From assembly GCA_004431415.1 (NCBI GenBank), contig QPMI01000089.1:62001-126000 (forward strand): a stretch of DNA of 64,000 bases, written 5' to 3'. Shown one piece after another: positions 25,545-38,880 of the stretch. The translations under genes were made by a program, and so were the position numbers. A model generated the notes under the pieces. That model ran no database searches. It had not been told where the DNA came from and was given only the letters and a program-made list of their open reading frames with translations. How positions within the stretch are numbered: the stretch's first letter is position 1; each line of letters opens with the position of its first letter. This DNA is from Cyanophora paradoxa CCMP329. Its lineage: Eukaryota; Plantae; Glaucophyta.

Positions 25545-26513
25545 ATGCCGCTCGCTCCAGCCAACTACAAGATCGGCCAGGTGAGGAGTCGGCTTAACTG
25601 TGAGGCGCCTGCAGTTGGCCGGGCCCCTCACCCTGCCTCTCAGTACTTCCGGGAGTTCGATAACATCACTGGGGACTTCATCATCCCGTCGAAGCCCTAT
25701 GGCGAGGAGATCAACCCCCTGGTCGACACGCAGAAGGTCCGACGGGGCGCCTGGCGCCGCCCGCGCCTTCGCCCCTGCGACGCGGCAGGGACCGACCGGT
25801 CCGCTGGGCGCAGCGGTCGGACCTCATATGCATGCGCATCATGGTCAGGAAGAAGGCGCTACCCCTGGGCGACGAGCAGCGGCACGTGGCGCGGCAGCTG
25901 AAGCGGAAGGGCAGCTTCGGGCGCCCCCCGCCGCCCGTACCCGCCGAGCCGAAGCTTCTCCGGAGCAACAGCGTCGACCGCGGAATCAAGGAGCAGCCCG
26001 AGGTCACAATGTTCGACCAGGCGCGCCCGCTCCCGTACCCTCCCCACCCCGCTACCCCCCCCTCCCGCATGACCCTAAAGATAGATGCGGGGGTACCTGC
26101 ACGACGAGACGGAGATCACGCCGGGGGTGTACAAGCCGACGGGGGAGGTGGATCTCCTGCAGCGGGACCGCCTCCGATTCGACCCGGGGATCATCGCCCT
26201 ACTCCACGCCTTCTGGAGCGCCGCAGACACCGACGCCAGCGGTGCGCCCGCCTTGGGGCGGGGCCCTGCTCCCTGTACCCCTCCCACCCCCGGCTGGCCG
26301 CTTCGAGCTGGGCCCTGCTGCCGGCGTCGGAGTGCCGCGCGGGAGGCGCTGGAGTCTATCCAAGCTCAGCGCCGGGCTGCTTGAGCTAGCAGCTAGCCGT
26401 AGCCCCCCCTTCTTCGTATCTAGGCTAGGTTAAGCTAAGTAAATTTATCGTCTACCCCCCCCGCTACCCCAGCGTCTAGTAAATTTATCCGAGCTAAGCT
26501 AAGCTCAGCTAAG

Positions 26514-26546
<33 letters not shown>

Positions 26547-29500
26547 TTCTCCCTCTCAGGGACGCTCTCGTTCGAGGAGTTAAGCTAGCAGCTTAAGCTC
26601 AGCGCCGGGCTGCTTGAGATAGCAGCTAGCTGTAGAATCCGCCCTCGCCCCCCCCTCCACCCCTCCCCTCACCCCCCCCCTCACCCCCCCCGGCAGGGAC
26701 GCTCTCGTTCGAGGAGTACCGGGCCGTGCACCGGCTGCTCTTCCGCTGCCTGCGCACCCGCTGGGACCTCGAGACCGCCGAGCGCTCGGCGCGGGAGGAC
26801 TTCGAGTCCGACCGGCGGGGCAAGGACTACGTCGACAAGTACCGCTTCTTCATGTCCATCTTCCAGGCGAGTCTTAGTATTTCTTTCTTAAAGCATCTTA
26901 GCATCTTATAGAGTGGTCCATCTTCCAGGCGAGTCCATCTTAGCATCTTATAGAGTGGTCCATCTTAGCTTCTTCGTGTCCATCTTCCAGGCGAGTGTAT
27001 TCTTCTTTCGCGAAGTTTCGCGAAATGCGCCATAGAGAATTGCATTAGACGCCGAGGGAGAGCCTAGGTTCAGAGCGCCGGGCCCGGCCCGTCCCACCCC
27101 GGCCCGTCCCACCCCGGCCCGTCCCACCCCGTCCCAAGAGAATAGCTTAAGAAGCGGCGAGAGAGCCATAGAGAATTGCATAGAGAATTGAAACTTCGCG
27201 GCAGGCGGCGGACCTGTGGACGGAGAACGTGAACGAGTACGAGTACCGCCAGCTCCTCAAGTGCGTCCTCAAGTCCATCATCTACGAGGGCGTCACCGTG
27301 CGTACCCCCCTCGTCTCACGCGTACTCCCGCGTACCCCCCGCCCCGCCCCGACCTAGGCGAAGCGCTTCCTTCCTTCCTTCCCTCTTCCGAGGGCTCCCC
27401 CGCTCCGCCCCGCCCACGCCCTAGCCCTCCAGCGTCCCCTCTCTAGCTAGCATCTACGAGGGCGTACCCCCGCCCCGCCCCGCCCCGCGTACCCCGCCTC
27501 AGCCCCGCCCTAGACGAGGCTCCGCCCGCCTGGGGGCTTCTTTCTAGCGTCTACGAGGGCCCCAGCCCCGCCCCGCCGCCCCTTTTGAAGCCCGCCGCAG
27601 TACAAGGGGCGGCACTTCTTCCGTCCGATCACGGAGGTGGAGCCCGGCTGCGCCGTCCGCATGTTCCGCGAGAAGATGAAGCGCCGCAAGTTCCACGCCG
27701 CCCGTGCCAAGCAGGCCCGCCCCCGCTCCTTCTTTCTTCCAAGGCACTGCTTTCTTGGCTGAGGCGCTGGGGCGCCCTCGTTCGCAGCTCTCGTTCCTGC
27801 GGCACAAGGCGATGGGCGTCATCCGCCAGTCCGCCCCCCTCGCCGCCTGCCTCGACGTCCGGGTCCGCCGTACCCCCCTTTCCAATCGCCGTACCCCCCT
27901 CTCGCCCGGCTGATCCCGTACCCCCAGTGCTACCTGGAGGCCCGCGTGCACAAGATGACGTCGCTGGAGCTGATCGAGCTGGGGTACCACGTCGAGCCGG
28001 CCGGCCTTGCTGATTGGCTCGACAAGCACGGCTTCGACCTGGAGGCCGTCGGACCCGTCAACGCCGGCGCCAAGGCACTGTACCCCACCCTTAATCCCCC
28101 ACCCACCCCTTTCAACCCCCCGGGCAGGTGCAGAGCCCGGAGGAGGCGGTGCGGATGGTGGAGCAGCGCGCCGCGGCCCTCTGGCGAAAGGGCGTCGCCG
28201 TGCGTGACTCACGCTCAGCTCTGCGGGCGGCCTCGCCCCGCTCGCTGTTTCCCTGAGCTCGGCCTGGCGCAGAATACGAAGCAGCTGCAGGAGCACGTCT
28301 CGCGGGAGGAGAAGCGCGCCGCCGTCGTCCGCCTCATCGGAGGCGCGCCCGCCCCTCCCCTCGCTTTTCTCTTGCACGCCTCTTAATATTGTCCCGCGCA
28401 GCGTCTGCGCTGGAGAAGCCTTTGGAGCCGGCGCCGCCGCCGGGGACGGGCGCGGGGCGCCGCCGTTCCTCCCTCGCCTCCGCCGCCTCCGACGTGCGCC
28501 CGGCTCAGCTGAGCTCAGCTGAGCTCCGCCGGCCCGCGGCGAGCCGCCCCTGACGCCGCTTTCGGCGCAGCCGAGCGCCGTGTACGACCCGCGGGGGCGC
28601 GACCGGAGCGCGCCGCGGGGGGCGATGCAGACGGCGGCGCGGGCCGGGGGCTACGGGGCGGCGGCCCTGCCCAAGGGCTTCCACGTCAAGGTCCTGCAGA
28701 GCCTCAAGGGGATGCGGGAGGCGCTGGAGAAGCGGGGCGCGGACAAGGCGAAGGAGGCGGCGGCGCTCCTGGAGGCGGAGAAGGCGCTGGGCGGCGCCGG
28801 CGGGGGCCCGCCGGCGCTGAGCAGCCGGAGCCTGCGGCGGGTGCACGATGCGCTGCTCGGCGACGACGAGAGCAGCAGCAGCAGCGGCGGCGGCGAGAGC
28901 AGCGGGGACGAGGCCGGCGGCGCGGGCACGGGCGGGGATCTGGAGCTGCTGGAGGACACGGTGGGGAGCGGGGCGGCGCTGGGGAGCGTGCCCGAGGGCG
29001 TGGAGGAGTACCCGGACCTGGAGGCCCTCGAGCGGGCGGCCGGCGGGGAGGCGGCGGCGGAGGCGGCGGCGGCGGCCGAGCGGGCGCTCGTGCGGGGCAT
29101 CGTCAGCGGCAAGTCCTCCCGCCGCTTCCGCCTGCCAAAGGAGCCCTCCCAGACCCAGAAGCCCGCCGCGGAGAAGGTCCAGGAGGAGGAGCCGGCGCCG
29201 ACGCCGCCCCCGGCGCCCTCGCCGCCGCCGCCGCCGGAGCGGAGCGCGGAGCCGCGGCTGCCGGCGGCGAGCGAGCTGCTGCGGCCGCGCGCCGTCGCGT
29301 CGTCGCTGCTCTCGCAGCTCGTCGCGCCCTCCCCGGCCCGCCCCGGCGCCTCCCGGCGCTCCAGCCTCCCGTCCGCTCCGGCGCCGGCCCCGGCCGTCGC
29401 CCACTCGCTGGACTCGGCCCTCCCGGCGGTCCCGGGCCGGCGGGCCTCCCTGGCGCCCCTCGCGCCGGCCGCCTCGGCCCCCGCGCGCCCCGCCTCAGCC

Positions 29501-30721
29501 GGCGCCATCGCCATCAACGGGCCCCCGCAGCGCCGCCGCGTCAGCCTCGCCACGGGCCTCGCGCCGGCCCCGCCGCCCGCCCGCCCGCCGAGATCGGACT
29601 CGCGGGCGAGGGCCTCCGCCCGCCCTCCCCGGCCTCGGCGCCTCGTCGCCCCTCAGCCCGCGCGCCCGCCGCCTCTCCTCCGCCTCCTCCTCCTCCCCGC
29701 CGCACTCGGCCGGCCAGCTCGCCCCGCACCCGCCCTCGGACACGAGCCCGAGGGCGCCCTCGCCCTCCCCGCGGCGCCCGCTCGCAGCGGGGCTCGCGGG
29801 GCAGTCGACGCCCCTCGCCCCGCGCCGCCCCTCCGCCTCCCAGAGCCCCGAGCCGGGCGGCCGCCGCGCCCCCGGCCCGCCCTCGGCGCCCCCGGCGCTC
29901 CGCGCCCCACGCCACGCCGCTCCTCGGTCGCCTCTGCCCCAGGGACGCCCGCCACGCCCCCGGCGCCCTCGCCGCCCCCGGCGCCCACGCCCCCGGAATC
30001 CATCCGCGTCTCGGCCCCAGCGGAGGAGGAACCGGAGCCGCCCCCGCCGCCGAAGCCGCGGGTGTCGCGGGAGGAGCGGCGGGCGTCCATCGCGGCGGCG
30101 CTGGCCAAGCTCGAGGCGGCGGCGGGGGATTTCGAGGGGGCCCTGCGGGAGGTGCGCGGGGCGGAGCCCGTTCTCGTGCCCCTCGCCCCCGTCTTCCCCT
30201 ACGCCCCCTCCCGCGACGGCGACGCCGACGAGGAGGAGGAGGACGGCGGCGAGGGCGCCTCGCCCCCCGTGGAGCCGGAACCGGAGGCCGCGGCGGAAGC
30301 AGAGAAGGAGGCGGCGGCGGAGGCGGAGGAAGGCTCCGAACGGGAAAAGGAGCCGGCGACGCCGGAGCCTGCCGCGGCGGCCGAGGCGCCGCGCGCCGCG
30401 GCGCCGGCCCCGACGAAGCCGCCGCCGGCCGCGCCGGCAGCAGCAGCGGCGGCGATGGCGACGGTCCTGGAGGAGGGCGACGAGGAGGCCGCCGCGCCCG
30501 CGCCCGCCCCCGCCACGCCCGCCCAGCCGCGGCCCAACGTGGAGAAGGAGAAGGAGAAGGAGAAGCAGGGGGCGGCGGGCCCGAAGGGCGAGGAGGAGGT
30601 CAAGGCCGAGGAGGCGGAGGGAAAGGCGGGGGAAGAAGCGGGGGAGGGGGAGGAGGGGGAGGAGGAGCACCGGCCGCTGCACGCCTTCGGCGGGCACGAC
30701 CTCCTCTCTGCCATTGGCTAG
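25545..30721 (+). CDS. Large EF-hand-like protein with long Pro/Ala/Glu-rich C-terminal exon, multi-exon
   Basis: FWSAADTDASGTLSFEEY (EF-hand loop), AREDFESDRRGKDYVDKYRFFMSIFQAADLWTENVNEYEY. Strong GC3 codon bias. Final exon ~28571-30721. Start uncertain. Confidence 0.75.
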
Positions 30722-30990
30722 CCGGGCCACGCCCCTTGCTCCTTGCGTCATGTATGCGAGGGGGGATACAGCCGCTATCTGTGTGCAAGAGTGCCCTCCT
30801 CCCTGCCCCCGTCCCCCTTACCCCCGACCAACCTTCCCGGATGCCCTGAGCCCGGCGGCTCCACCAGGCTTGCTCTCGGACGAGCGAGCCCCCGACCCGA
30901 CCCGCCGTGCCGACGACACGGCGGGCCGTACTCTAGCGTGTACAGAGAGGTTTAGATTATAGACAAGTCGACGGCAGAAAAAAAAAAACG

Positions 30991-33900
30991 ATGTACCCAG
31001 GCCATCGCGAAGGCCTGCGCGTACGGGAAACTGGCGATGCTAGCGCATCGTCCAGCAGCATAAACAGCCTCCCGGCACCAAACGGAGCTGGAGGACACCG
31101 CCCGAGCACACCGGAGCCGAAAACAAGGCTCGCGACGCAACGCCAACAACAAGATGCAATCCAAGCGGCGTCGCAGCTCGGCGGTGCAGAGGGAGTCGAA
31201 CGATGTGGCGCCGCGCTCACTCTCGAGCCGAGCGACCACCAAGAAGCCAACGCCGCCCGCGACGGAACTCGAGCCGGGCGGCGACCGACCGAACAAGCTC
31301 CTTCTGCTTGCAGAAGCCCCCGTGCGATGCGCCCTTGCGAAGGGACATCACCCCGCCTCGCGCGTCGTTCGCGCCACCCGCCCGGGCCTCACGCCCGCCC
31401 CGCAGTTCTCAAATCACCACTCTTTCACTGCGTGGCGGGCGCGGGCGGCCGACGTTCGAACGACGTGCCCCCCGCGTTCGCTGCCGACGCTAAAGGCATG
31501 CCTCGCTCTGGCCGATGTCATGGGGCCTTACACCGTCGTCGTGCGGTTTGGCTATCCATGAATAAGCCCCCCCTCAATCCACACAGGAGCCGATGTAACG
31601 GGGCCTTACACCGTCGTCGTACGGTTTGGCTATCCGTCCGGTCTCCCCCGCTGCGCCGATGCCACGGGGCCACACGCCGTCGTCGAGCGGCCCGGCTCTC
31701 CGAGGATAGGCAACCCGCGCGTCGATCCCCCGGGGCCGCAAGGCTCACCGGGGTAAGATGCCCCCCTGCTGTTCGCTCCCCGCCGCGCGCGCGCGCCCGC
31801 CCGCCCGCCCGCCGCCCGCCTCTCCACCTCGACCCTCTCATGCCACACCTTCCTCGCAGGAAACTGGGTCTTCGGCATGGTGTCTCCACTCTTGGTCTGT
31901 TTTCTTTTCTTTTCCTCGCCCTCCTCCCGCCGGCGGCCAGCCTCGCTCCGGTCCTCGGGCCCCTAGCTGAACCCACCACCTGGGCTTCCCCTCCCTCCGT
32001 CTGCGCCTCTGAGATCCTCGGGCTCCTATCTAGTCCCAGCTGGATTGCCGTGGGGATACTCACGGCACTTAGCCTGTCCATGGGAATCGGCGTCCGGGGC
32101 TATGTCCGACGACGCCGGCGCCTAGACGATGTCGCCGGGCTCGCTCCCCGCGAAGTCGAACCCGGACCCCCGGGCCTCCGCCGGGGCCCCCGATCGCCGC
32201 GCCTACTCCGCCCCCCTCGCCGCCCCGCCCCGCTGCTAGGCCCCGCTCTCTGCCGCCGTCGCCGGCCCTGGCGGCCCCTGCCGAGGTCCACCCGCCGGCG
32301 CCTTCGCCGCTCCCGCCCCCGCTCTTGCCCTATCCCCTGCCCGGCCCGCGTCGGTGCAACTCCTTGGCTCCCGCGCTCGCCCTTCTCCCCCTATCAGAGC
32401 CGACCCTCGCCTCGCCGGCCCCGGGCCTCGCGGAAGAGTCATCCGCGTCGCCTCCGTCGTTTCTTCAGCTCCCCCGCCCCCCCACCCCTACCGGCTGAGC
32501 TGCAGGTTCCTGCTGCGACGCCCTCCCGCCCCGACCTCCCCCTACCTGGCCTCCGTCCTGCACAGTCCAATCGTGTACGCCCCCGTACCCTGCGCCCGCT
32601 GACGCCCCTGCCCGCGCGTCCTTCCTTCTCGACGGCGCGGGCACGTCGCAACGTTGCAGCCGCTCTTGCCCTCCGGAACAGCTGGCCCTCTTTACCCCCC
32701 CCAGCAGCTGTGAGGACGCGCCCGATGGCTCCGCAGGCCAGCTCCCTCGCCAGCTCTCCTGCCCCGCCCCGGGGTGTCCGCCTCACGGTCCGATTCGCGC
32801 TCTCGTCTGGCCGCTCCCTTCTTCGACCCCGCCCGCCCCTCCTCGCCCGGCGCCTCAAGGGCCACGCCACCCGCCGCCGCCCAGCCCGAGAGCCCCGCCC
32901 CCAGCCCGCCCCTGAGCCGCGCCGACGCCCGTCAACGGCAGTCCCTGACCCCCCTTCCTCCTGTACGGCCCCCATTTCCCCCCTTCATGCCTTCCTGCAC
33001 GGCTCGTGCCCCCCCCTGCCCCATATCACAACCCCCGAGCTCCTCGCCCTCTCCGCCCTCTCTCTCCTTTTTCTTCTTTCCTTTCTCCTCGCCCTCTCGT
33101 TACTCCCTTTCTCACTTCTCCTCCAGTTACCCCCCCGCCTCTCAGAGTACCCCCCCCTGCATCCCTTGATTGCCCGGCTCTTACATAGAACTCTCCTTTC
33201 CCCCCTTGGACCCCCTCAGCAGTGTCCTTCGCGGAGTCGCCTCCTCTCTCGGCCCCCCCTGACCCACCCCCTCTCCCCTTGTGGACTACCCCTAGGGCAC
33301 CGCCCCCTCTCCCCGCCTCTCCCGCCTCTTTCTTCCCCCCTTCTATCAGGCCCCCGTCTTATCTTCAGCTCTCCCCCGCCTTCCTCGCCCTCCCCTCGCT
33401 GCTTCTCCTCCTGCTGTCTGCTCGCTTCCTTCGCCACCTTGTTTTTCCCGATCCCGCTCCCAGCGCCCACCGTCCCCTCCTCATTCGCGCCCGCCGGCAA
33501 GCCCAGCATGCGCGACGAGCCCGCGGGCGTCGATGTGGAGGCCCTTACCGCGGGGCCCCCTCCTTATCCTCTCCCTTCACTGTCTCCTTGCCCTCCCTCC
33601 CTTACAACTGCCCCTCACCTTATCGACGCCCTCCGCTTCGTTATTGCAGCGGTTCCCGTATCCCCACTATGGTTCATTGATCCCTCGTACCCGGCCCCCT
33701 CGACCAGCCCTCCCCCCGCCCCTCCTCTTAGGACACCCGAGCAACTGCTCCCCCCCTCCCACCCTTCTCCCTCCCCCCGCCCCCGCCTCCTCCTACCCCT
33801 CTGCCCCTCCCCCCGCCAGCTGCCGGGATCCTTCTGCTCGCACTCCTCTCCCGGCGCCGCCGGCGGTTTCTTGACTCGTCCGGCCCTGCTCTTCTTCAAC

Positions 33901-36900
33901 TCCTTACCTGCCCTGTCCCTCCCCCCGACCTCCCCTCGCCCTCCCCCGGCCTTGTCCCCTTTGGCACGCCGCCGGGCAGCGTTTGCTTGGACCCGCCTCG
34001 CCGACTTTGCTCTCCTTCTCGCACCCCGTCTCCTTGAATTTTCTATTATTTTCCCGGCCTTCCTAGCGGCCGAATGGCATGTGCTTTCCTGTGCACTATG
34101 GCAGCTCGGGGCTGATCTCCTGCATGCACTCTATGTCTCAGATGACCCGGGCCTGGCCCCGGCTGTGCTGGCTGCACCGTTTACCCTGCCTTTCCTCCTT
34201 CTTCTAGGCCATCCTCCAGAACCCCTAGAATTTATTTCGATAGTGACCGTTTCTGCTTTAGCAGGCCACGCCCTACAAACTGCTCTAGACACTATATCCC
34301 CCCGTGGCCCCTTAAAGAAAGCCCCGTACCCACACTACTCCCCCAAGCTCCTCACCATCATCGCCGCCCTCTTGTGGCACATTCAACCTGCTGCTGCGAA
34401 TCCCGTCCTGCACCTTCCCCTCATCCCCCTTCTACCCATGGCCAGTCCCCTTCTCATTGCTCTTGGAGCTATCGCTGCCCTCCTTGCTTGCGGCCGCACG
34501 CAAATGCGGGGGCCCTCGAGCATGACCACTCCGACGTCTACTGGTTGGATCGACGGACAGGGTCTAACCACCTGCCGGGGCCCCAGCTGCATCACGCCTC
34601 GCATGCCACATGTGCCGCCGGGCCCCAACCCCCCGCGCGCCTTGCCTCCCACTGCGCCATGCGACCTGCAGGACGTCGTCGGCCCTCCCACCGCCCCGCG
34701 CTGCGCCCGTGCTAACGGACCCGGACCTGAGATGAGGCCGCCGCCGAGCCCCCGCGCGCCGCCCGCCTCGCCCCAGCTCGCGCCGCTAGACCTGCGGGAC
34801 GCTGTCGGCCCCCCTGCTGCCCCGCGCTGCGCCCGAACTGACGGACCTGGGCCGGAAGTGAAGCCGCCGCCGTGCCCCAGCGCGCCGCCCGCCTCGCCCC
34901 AGCTTGCGCCGCTAGACCTGCGGGACGCTGTCGGCCCTCCCGCCGCCCCGCGCTGCGCCCGAGCTGACGGACCTGGCCGGAAGTGACGCCGCCACCGAGC
35001 CCCCGCGCGCCGCCGCCTCGCCCCAGCTCGCGCCGCTAGACCTGCGGGACGCTGTCGACCCCCCTGCTGCCCGCGCTGCGCCCGAGCTGACGGACCTGGG
35101 CCGGAAGTGACGCCGCCACCGAGCCCTCGCGCACCGCCCGCCTCGCCCCAGCTCGCGCCGCTAGACCTGCGGGACGCTGTCGGCCTCACCGCCGCCCCGC
35201 GCTGCGCCCGTGCTGACGGACCTGGGCCGGAAGTGAAGCCGCCGCCGCGCCCTCGCGCGCCGCCCGCCTCGCCCCAGCTCGCGCCGCTAGACCTGCGGGA
35301 CGCTATCGGCCCTCCCGCCGCCCCGCGCTGCGCCCGAGCTGACGGACCTGGGCCGGAAGTGACGCCGCCACCGAGCCCCCGCGCGCCGCCCGCCTCGCCC
35401 CAGCTCGCGCCGCTAGACCTGCGGGACGATGTCGGCCCTCCCGCCGCCCCGCGCTGCGCCCGTGCTGACGGACCTGGGCCGGAAGTGAAGCCGCCGCCGC
35501 GCCCCGCGCGCCGCCCGCCTCGCCCCAGCTCGCGCCGCTAGACCTGCGGGACGCTATCGGCCCTCCCGCCGCCCCGCGCTGCGCCCGAGCTGACGGACCT
35601 GGGCCGGAAGTGAAGCCGTCGCCGTGCCCCCGTGCGCCACCCGCCTCGCCCCAGCTCGCGCCGCTAGACCTGCGGGACGCTGTCGGCCCTCCCGCCGCCC
35701 CGCGCTGCGCCCGAGCTGACGGACCTGGGCCGTGCCCCCGTGCGCCACCCGCCTCGCCCCAGCTCGCGCCGCTAGACCTGCGGGACGCTGTCGGCCCCCC
35801 CGCCGCCCCGCGCTGCGCCCGAGCTGACGGACCTGGGCCGGAAGTGAAGCCGCCGCCGAGCCCCCGCGCGCCGCCCGCCTCGCCCCAGCTCGCGCCGCTA
35901 GACCTGCGGGACGCTATCGGCCCTCCCGCCGCCCCGCGCTGCGCCCGAGCTGACGGACCTGGGCCGGAAGTGACGCCGCCACCGAGCCCCCGCGCGCCGC
36001 CCGCCTCGCCCCAGCTCGCGCCGCTAGACCTGCGGGACGATGTCGGCCCCTCCGCCGCCCCGCGCTGCGCCCGAGCTGACGGACCTGGGCCGGAAGTGAA
36101 GCCGCCGCCGTGCCCCAGCGCGCCGCCCGCCTCGCCCCAGCTCGCGCCGCTAGACCTGCGAGACGCTGTCGGCCCTCCCGCCGCCCCGCGCTGCGCCCGA
36201 GCTGACGGACCTGGGCCGGAAGTGAAGCCGTCGCCGAGCCCCCGCGCGCCGCCCGCCTCGCCCCAGCTCGCGCCGCTAGACCTGCGGGACGCTGTCGGCC
36301 CCCCTGCTGCCCCGCGCTGCGCCCGAGCTGACGGACCTGGGCCGGAAGTGACGCCGCCACCGAGCCCCCGCGCACCGCCCGCCTCGCCCCAGCTCGCGCC
36401 GCTAGACCTGCGGGACGCTGTCGGCCTCACCGCCGCCCCGCGCTGCGCCCGATTTGACGGGCCTGGACCTGAAGACAAGCCGCCGCCGAGCCCTCGCTCG
36501 CCGCCCGCCTCGCCCCAGCTCGCGCCGCTAGACCTGCCGGACGCTGTCGGCCTCACTGCCGCCCCGCGCTGCGCCCGATTTGACGGGCCTGGACCTGAAG
36601 ACAAGCCGCCGCCGGGCCCCGCGCGCCGCCCGCCTCGCCCCAGCTCGCGCCGCTAGATCTGCGGGACGCTGTCGGCCCCCTGCTGCCCGCGCTGCGCCCG
36701 AGCTGACGGACCTGGGCCGGAAGTGAAGCCGCCGCCGTGCCCCAGCGCGCCGCCCGCCTCGCCCCAGCTCGCGCCGCTAGACCTGCGGGACGCTGTCGGC
36801 CCTCCCGCCGCCCCGCGCTGCGCCCGAGCTGACGGACCTGGGCCGGAAGTGACGCCGCCACCGAGCCCCCGCGCGCCACCCGCCTCGCCCCAGCTCGCGC

Positions 36901-37742
36901 CGCTAGACCTGCGGGACGATGTCGGCCCCCCCGCCGCCCCGCGCTGCGCCCGAGCTGACGGACCTGGGCCGGAAGTGAAGCCGCCGCCGAGCCCCCGTGC
37001 GCCACCCGCCTCGCCCCAGCTCGCGCCGCTAGACCTGCGGGACGCTGTCGGCCCTCCCGCCGCCCCGCGCTGCGCCCGAGCTGACGGACCTGGGCCGGAA
37101 GTGAAGCCGCCGCCGTGCCCCCGTGCGCCACCCGCCTCGCCCCAGCTCGCGCCGCTAGACCTGCGGGACGCTGTCGACCCCCCTGCTGCCCCGCGCTGCG
37201 CCCGAGCTGACGGACCTGGGCCGGAAGTGACGCCGCCACCGAGCCCTCGCGCACCGCCCGCCTCGCCCCAGCTCGCGCCGCTAGACCTGCGGGACGCTGT
37301 CGGCCTCACCGCCGCCCCGCCCTGCGCCCGATTTGACGGACCTGGGCCGGAAGTGACGCCGCCACCGAGCCCCCGCGCACCGCCCGCCTCGCCCCAGCTC
37401 GCGCCGCTAGACCTGCGGGACGCTGTCGGCCTCACCGCCGCCCGGCGCCGCACCCGCGCTTACGGACCCGGACCCGCAGTGAAGCCGCCGCCGGGCCCCG
37501 CGCGCCGCCCGTCTCGCCTCCGCCCGCGCCGGCACCACGCGACCTGCAAGACACTATCAGCCTTTCCGCCGCCCGGCCCCGCGCCCGTGCTGACGGACCC
37601 GGACCTGACGCGAAGCCGCCGCCGGTCCTCAGCGCGCCGCCCGTCTCGCCTCCGCCCACGCCGCGCGACCTGCAGGACGCTGTCGGCCCGGCGGCTCGGC
37701 GCCGCGCCCGAGTCGACTGTCCGATCCCTAGAGCAAACCTAA
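30991..37742 (+). CDS. Putative ORF1 of the retrotransposon: Pro/Arg-rich, hydrophobic segments, 42-aa repeat array (frameshifted)
   Basis: ATG 28 nt inside the 5' end opens a 1331-codon frame that runs into the repeat array. The same repeat peptide continues in other frames to 37742. No recognisable gag knuckle or RRM. Confidence 0.45.
34620..37700 (+). repeat. 126-bp tandem array, ~24 copies
   Basis: GCCGCTAGACCTGCGGGAC recurs at 126-bp spacing (e.g. 34786, 34912). Unit translates PPPSPRAPPASPQLAPLDLRDAVGPPAAPRCARADGPGPEVK. Confidence 0.95.
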
Positions 37743-38880
37743 GGTTGCAGAAGTGTCCCGGAGGTCCATCTGCGACGCCCCGCCCGTCGAGCGCGTCGCA
37801 AGAGGTCAATCCCAGTCGAGATGCTATTGCCGCTGCCGCGCCACGCCGCGCTGCTCGCCTCGGCATCCAGCAGGCCGCGCAAGTACTTTCACAGCTCAGT
37901 CGCCGTGTCTACATCTGGAGCACCTCCTGGACCACGGTCGCTAGACCGCGCTACGGCATGCTCCAGAACTTGATCGCTGGACTGGAGCACGGAAGCCCCA
38001 TCAGAGCCGTCGCATACTGCAGTAGCCGGTGGAGTTTCCCCTTCCGGTCGGAACGTCTCAGGGCCCGGACGACACTGCGCCTACCGGTACCCCCACCGCG
38101 TGCCGTCAAAAAACCCCAACGCGAACAGGTTTTTTTATTCATGCGATTGATGAGTCGGGCAATGATTCGAAGCGGCCCAATGCCTCCGCAAATTGGACCG
38201 CAATCCGCGAGTGCTTGACTAGCTGCACTATAGCTAGTACGTATACCGTTCCCCCTGCGTACGGCCGCGAGCCGGCGCCTGGCTGTAGCACCGGCACTGC
38301 CATTGCAGGTTACTCAGCTAGCACTGGCGCCCACGCTAGTGCTGGCCCCACCAACGCCGGCGCCTCGAGCTCGGACGCTGCGCTGCATGACGCCGAGAGT
38401 TGTCGTACGAACCACGCGTACGGATCCGGACGCGTACTAGCCATGCGTACGGCCGCGTACCTCGCAGTTAGCCCCGCGCTAGTGCCCACGTGCACGCCGG
38501 CGCTGGCCCCGCCGACGCCGGCGTCACGGACGCTGCGCCGCATGACGCCGGTCTCGAACTCCTGGGCCGGCGCCGGCCTGCGCGCCGCGCCCCACAAACC
38601 CAACGGTCCTTCAGCCGCCCGGCCCCTCTCCTCACACACCTCCTCCTCTGTGTTCTCCTCGCCGCCCTTGTCCCCGTCGCCCTTGCGGACATCGAGCCCA
38701 GCACAGCAACGGCCGCCGCAGTCGCTACCGCCGCCGCCGCCCTCTCCTCTCCGCCACTAGTCACGGCGGCCTCGTCCCTTCTAACATTATACCTCCCTCT
38801 CTGTACACCGCTGACCGTATTGACGCTCGCCACCACCGTGATGCGCTCCAGATCCCTGTCCTAGCACACCCCCGGACGCG

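Noticed and set aside
28505-30962. Long overlapping Arg/Pro/Gly-rich ORFs in alternative frames and strands (also throughout 11600-30900)
   Set aside because: Expected shadows of very high-GC coding DNA, with no domain motifs.
34620-37700. 126-bp array as CRISPR or host satellite
   Set aside because: No unique spacers, and it is enclosed by the retrotransposon TSDs.
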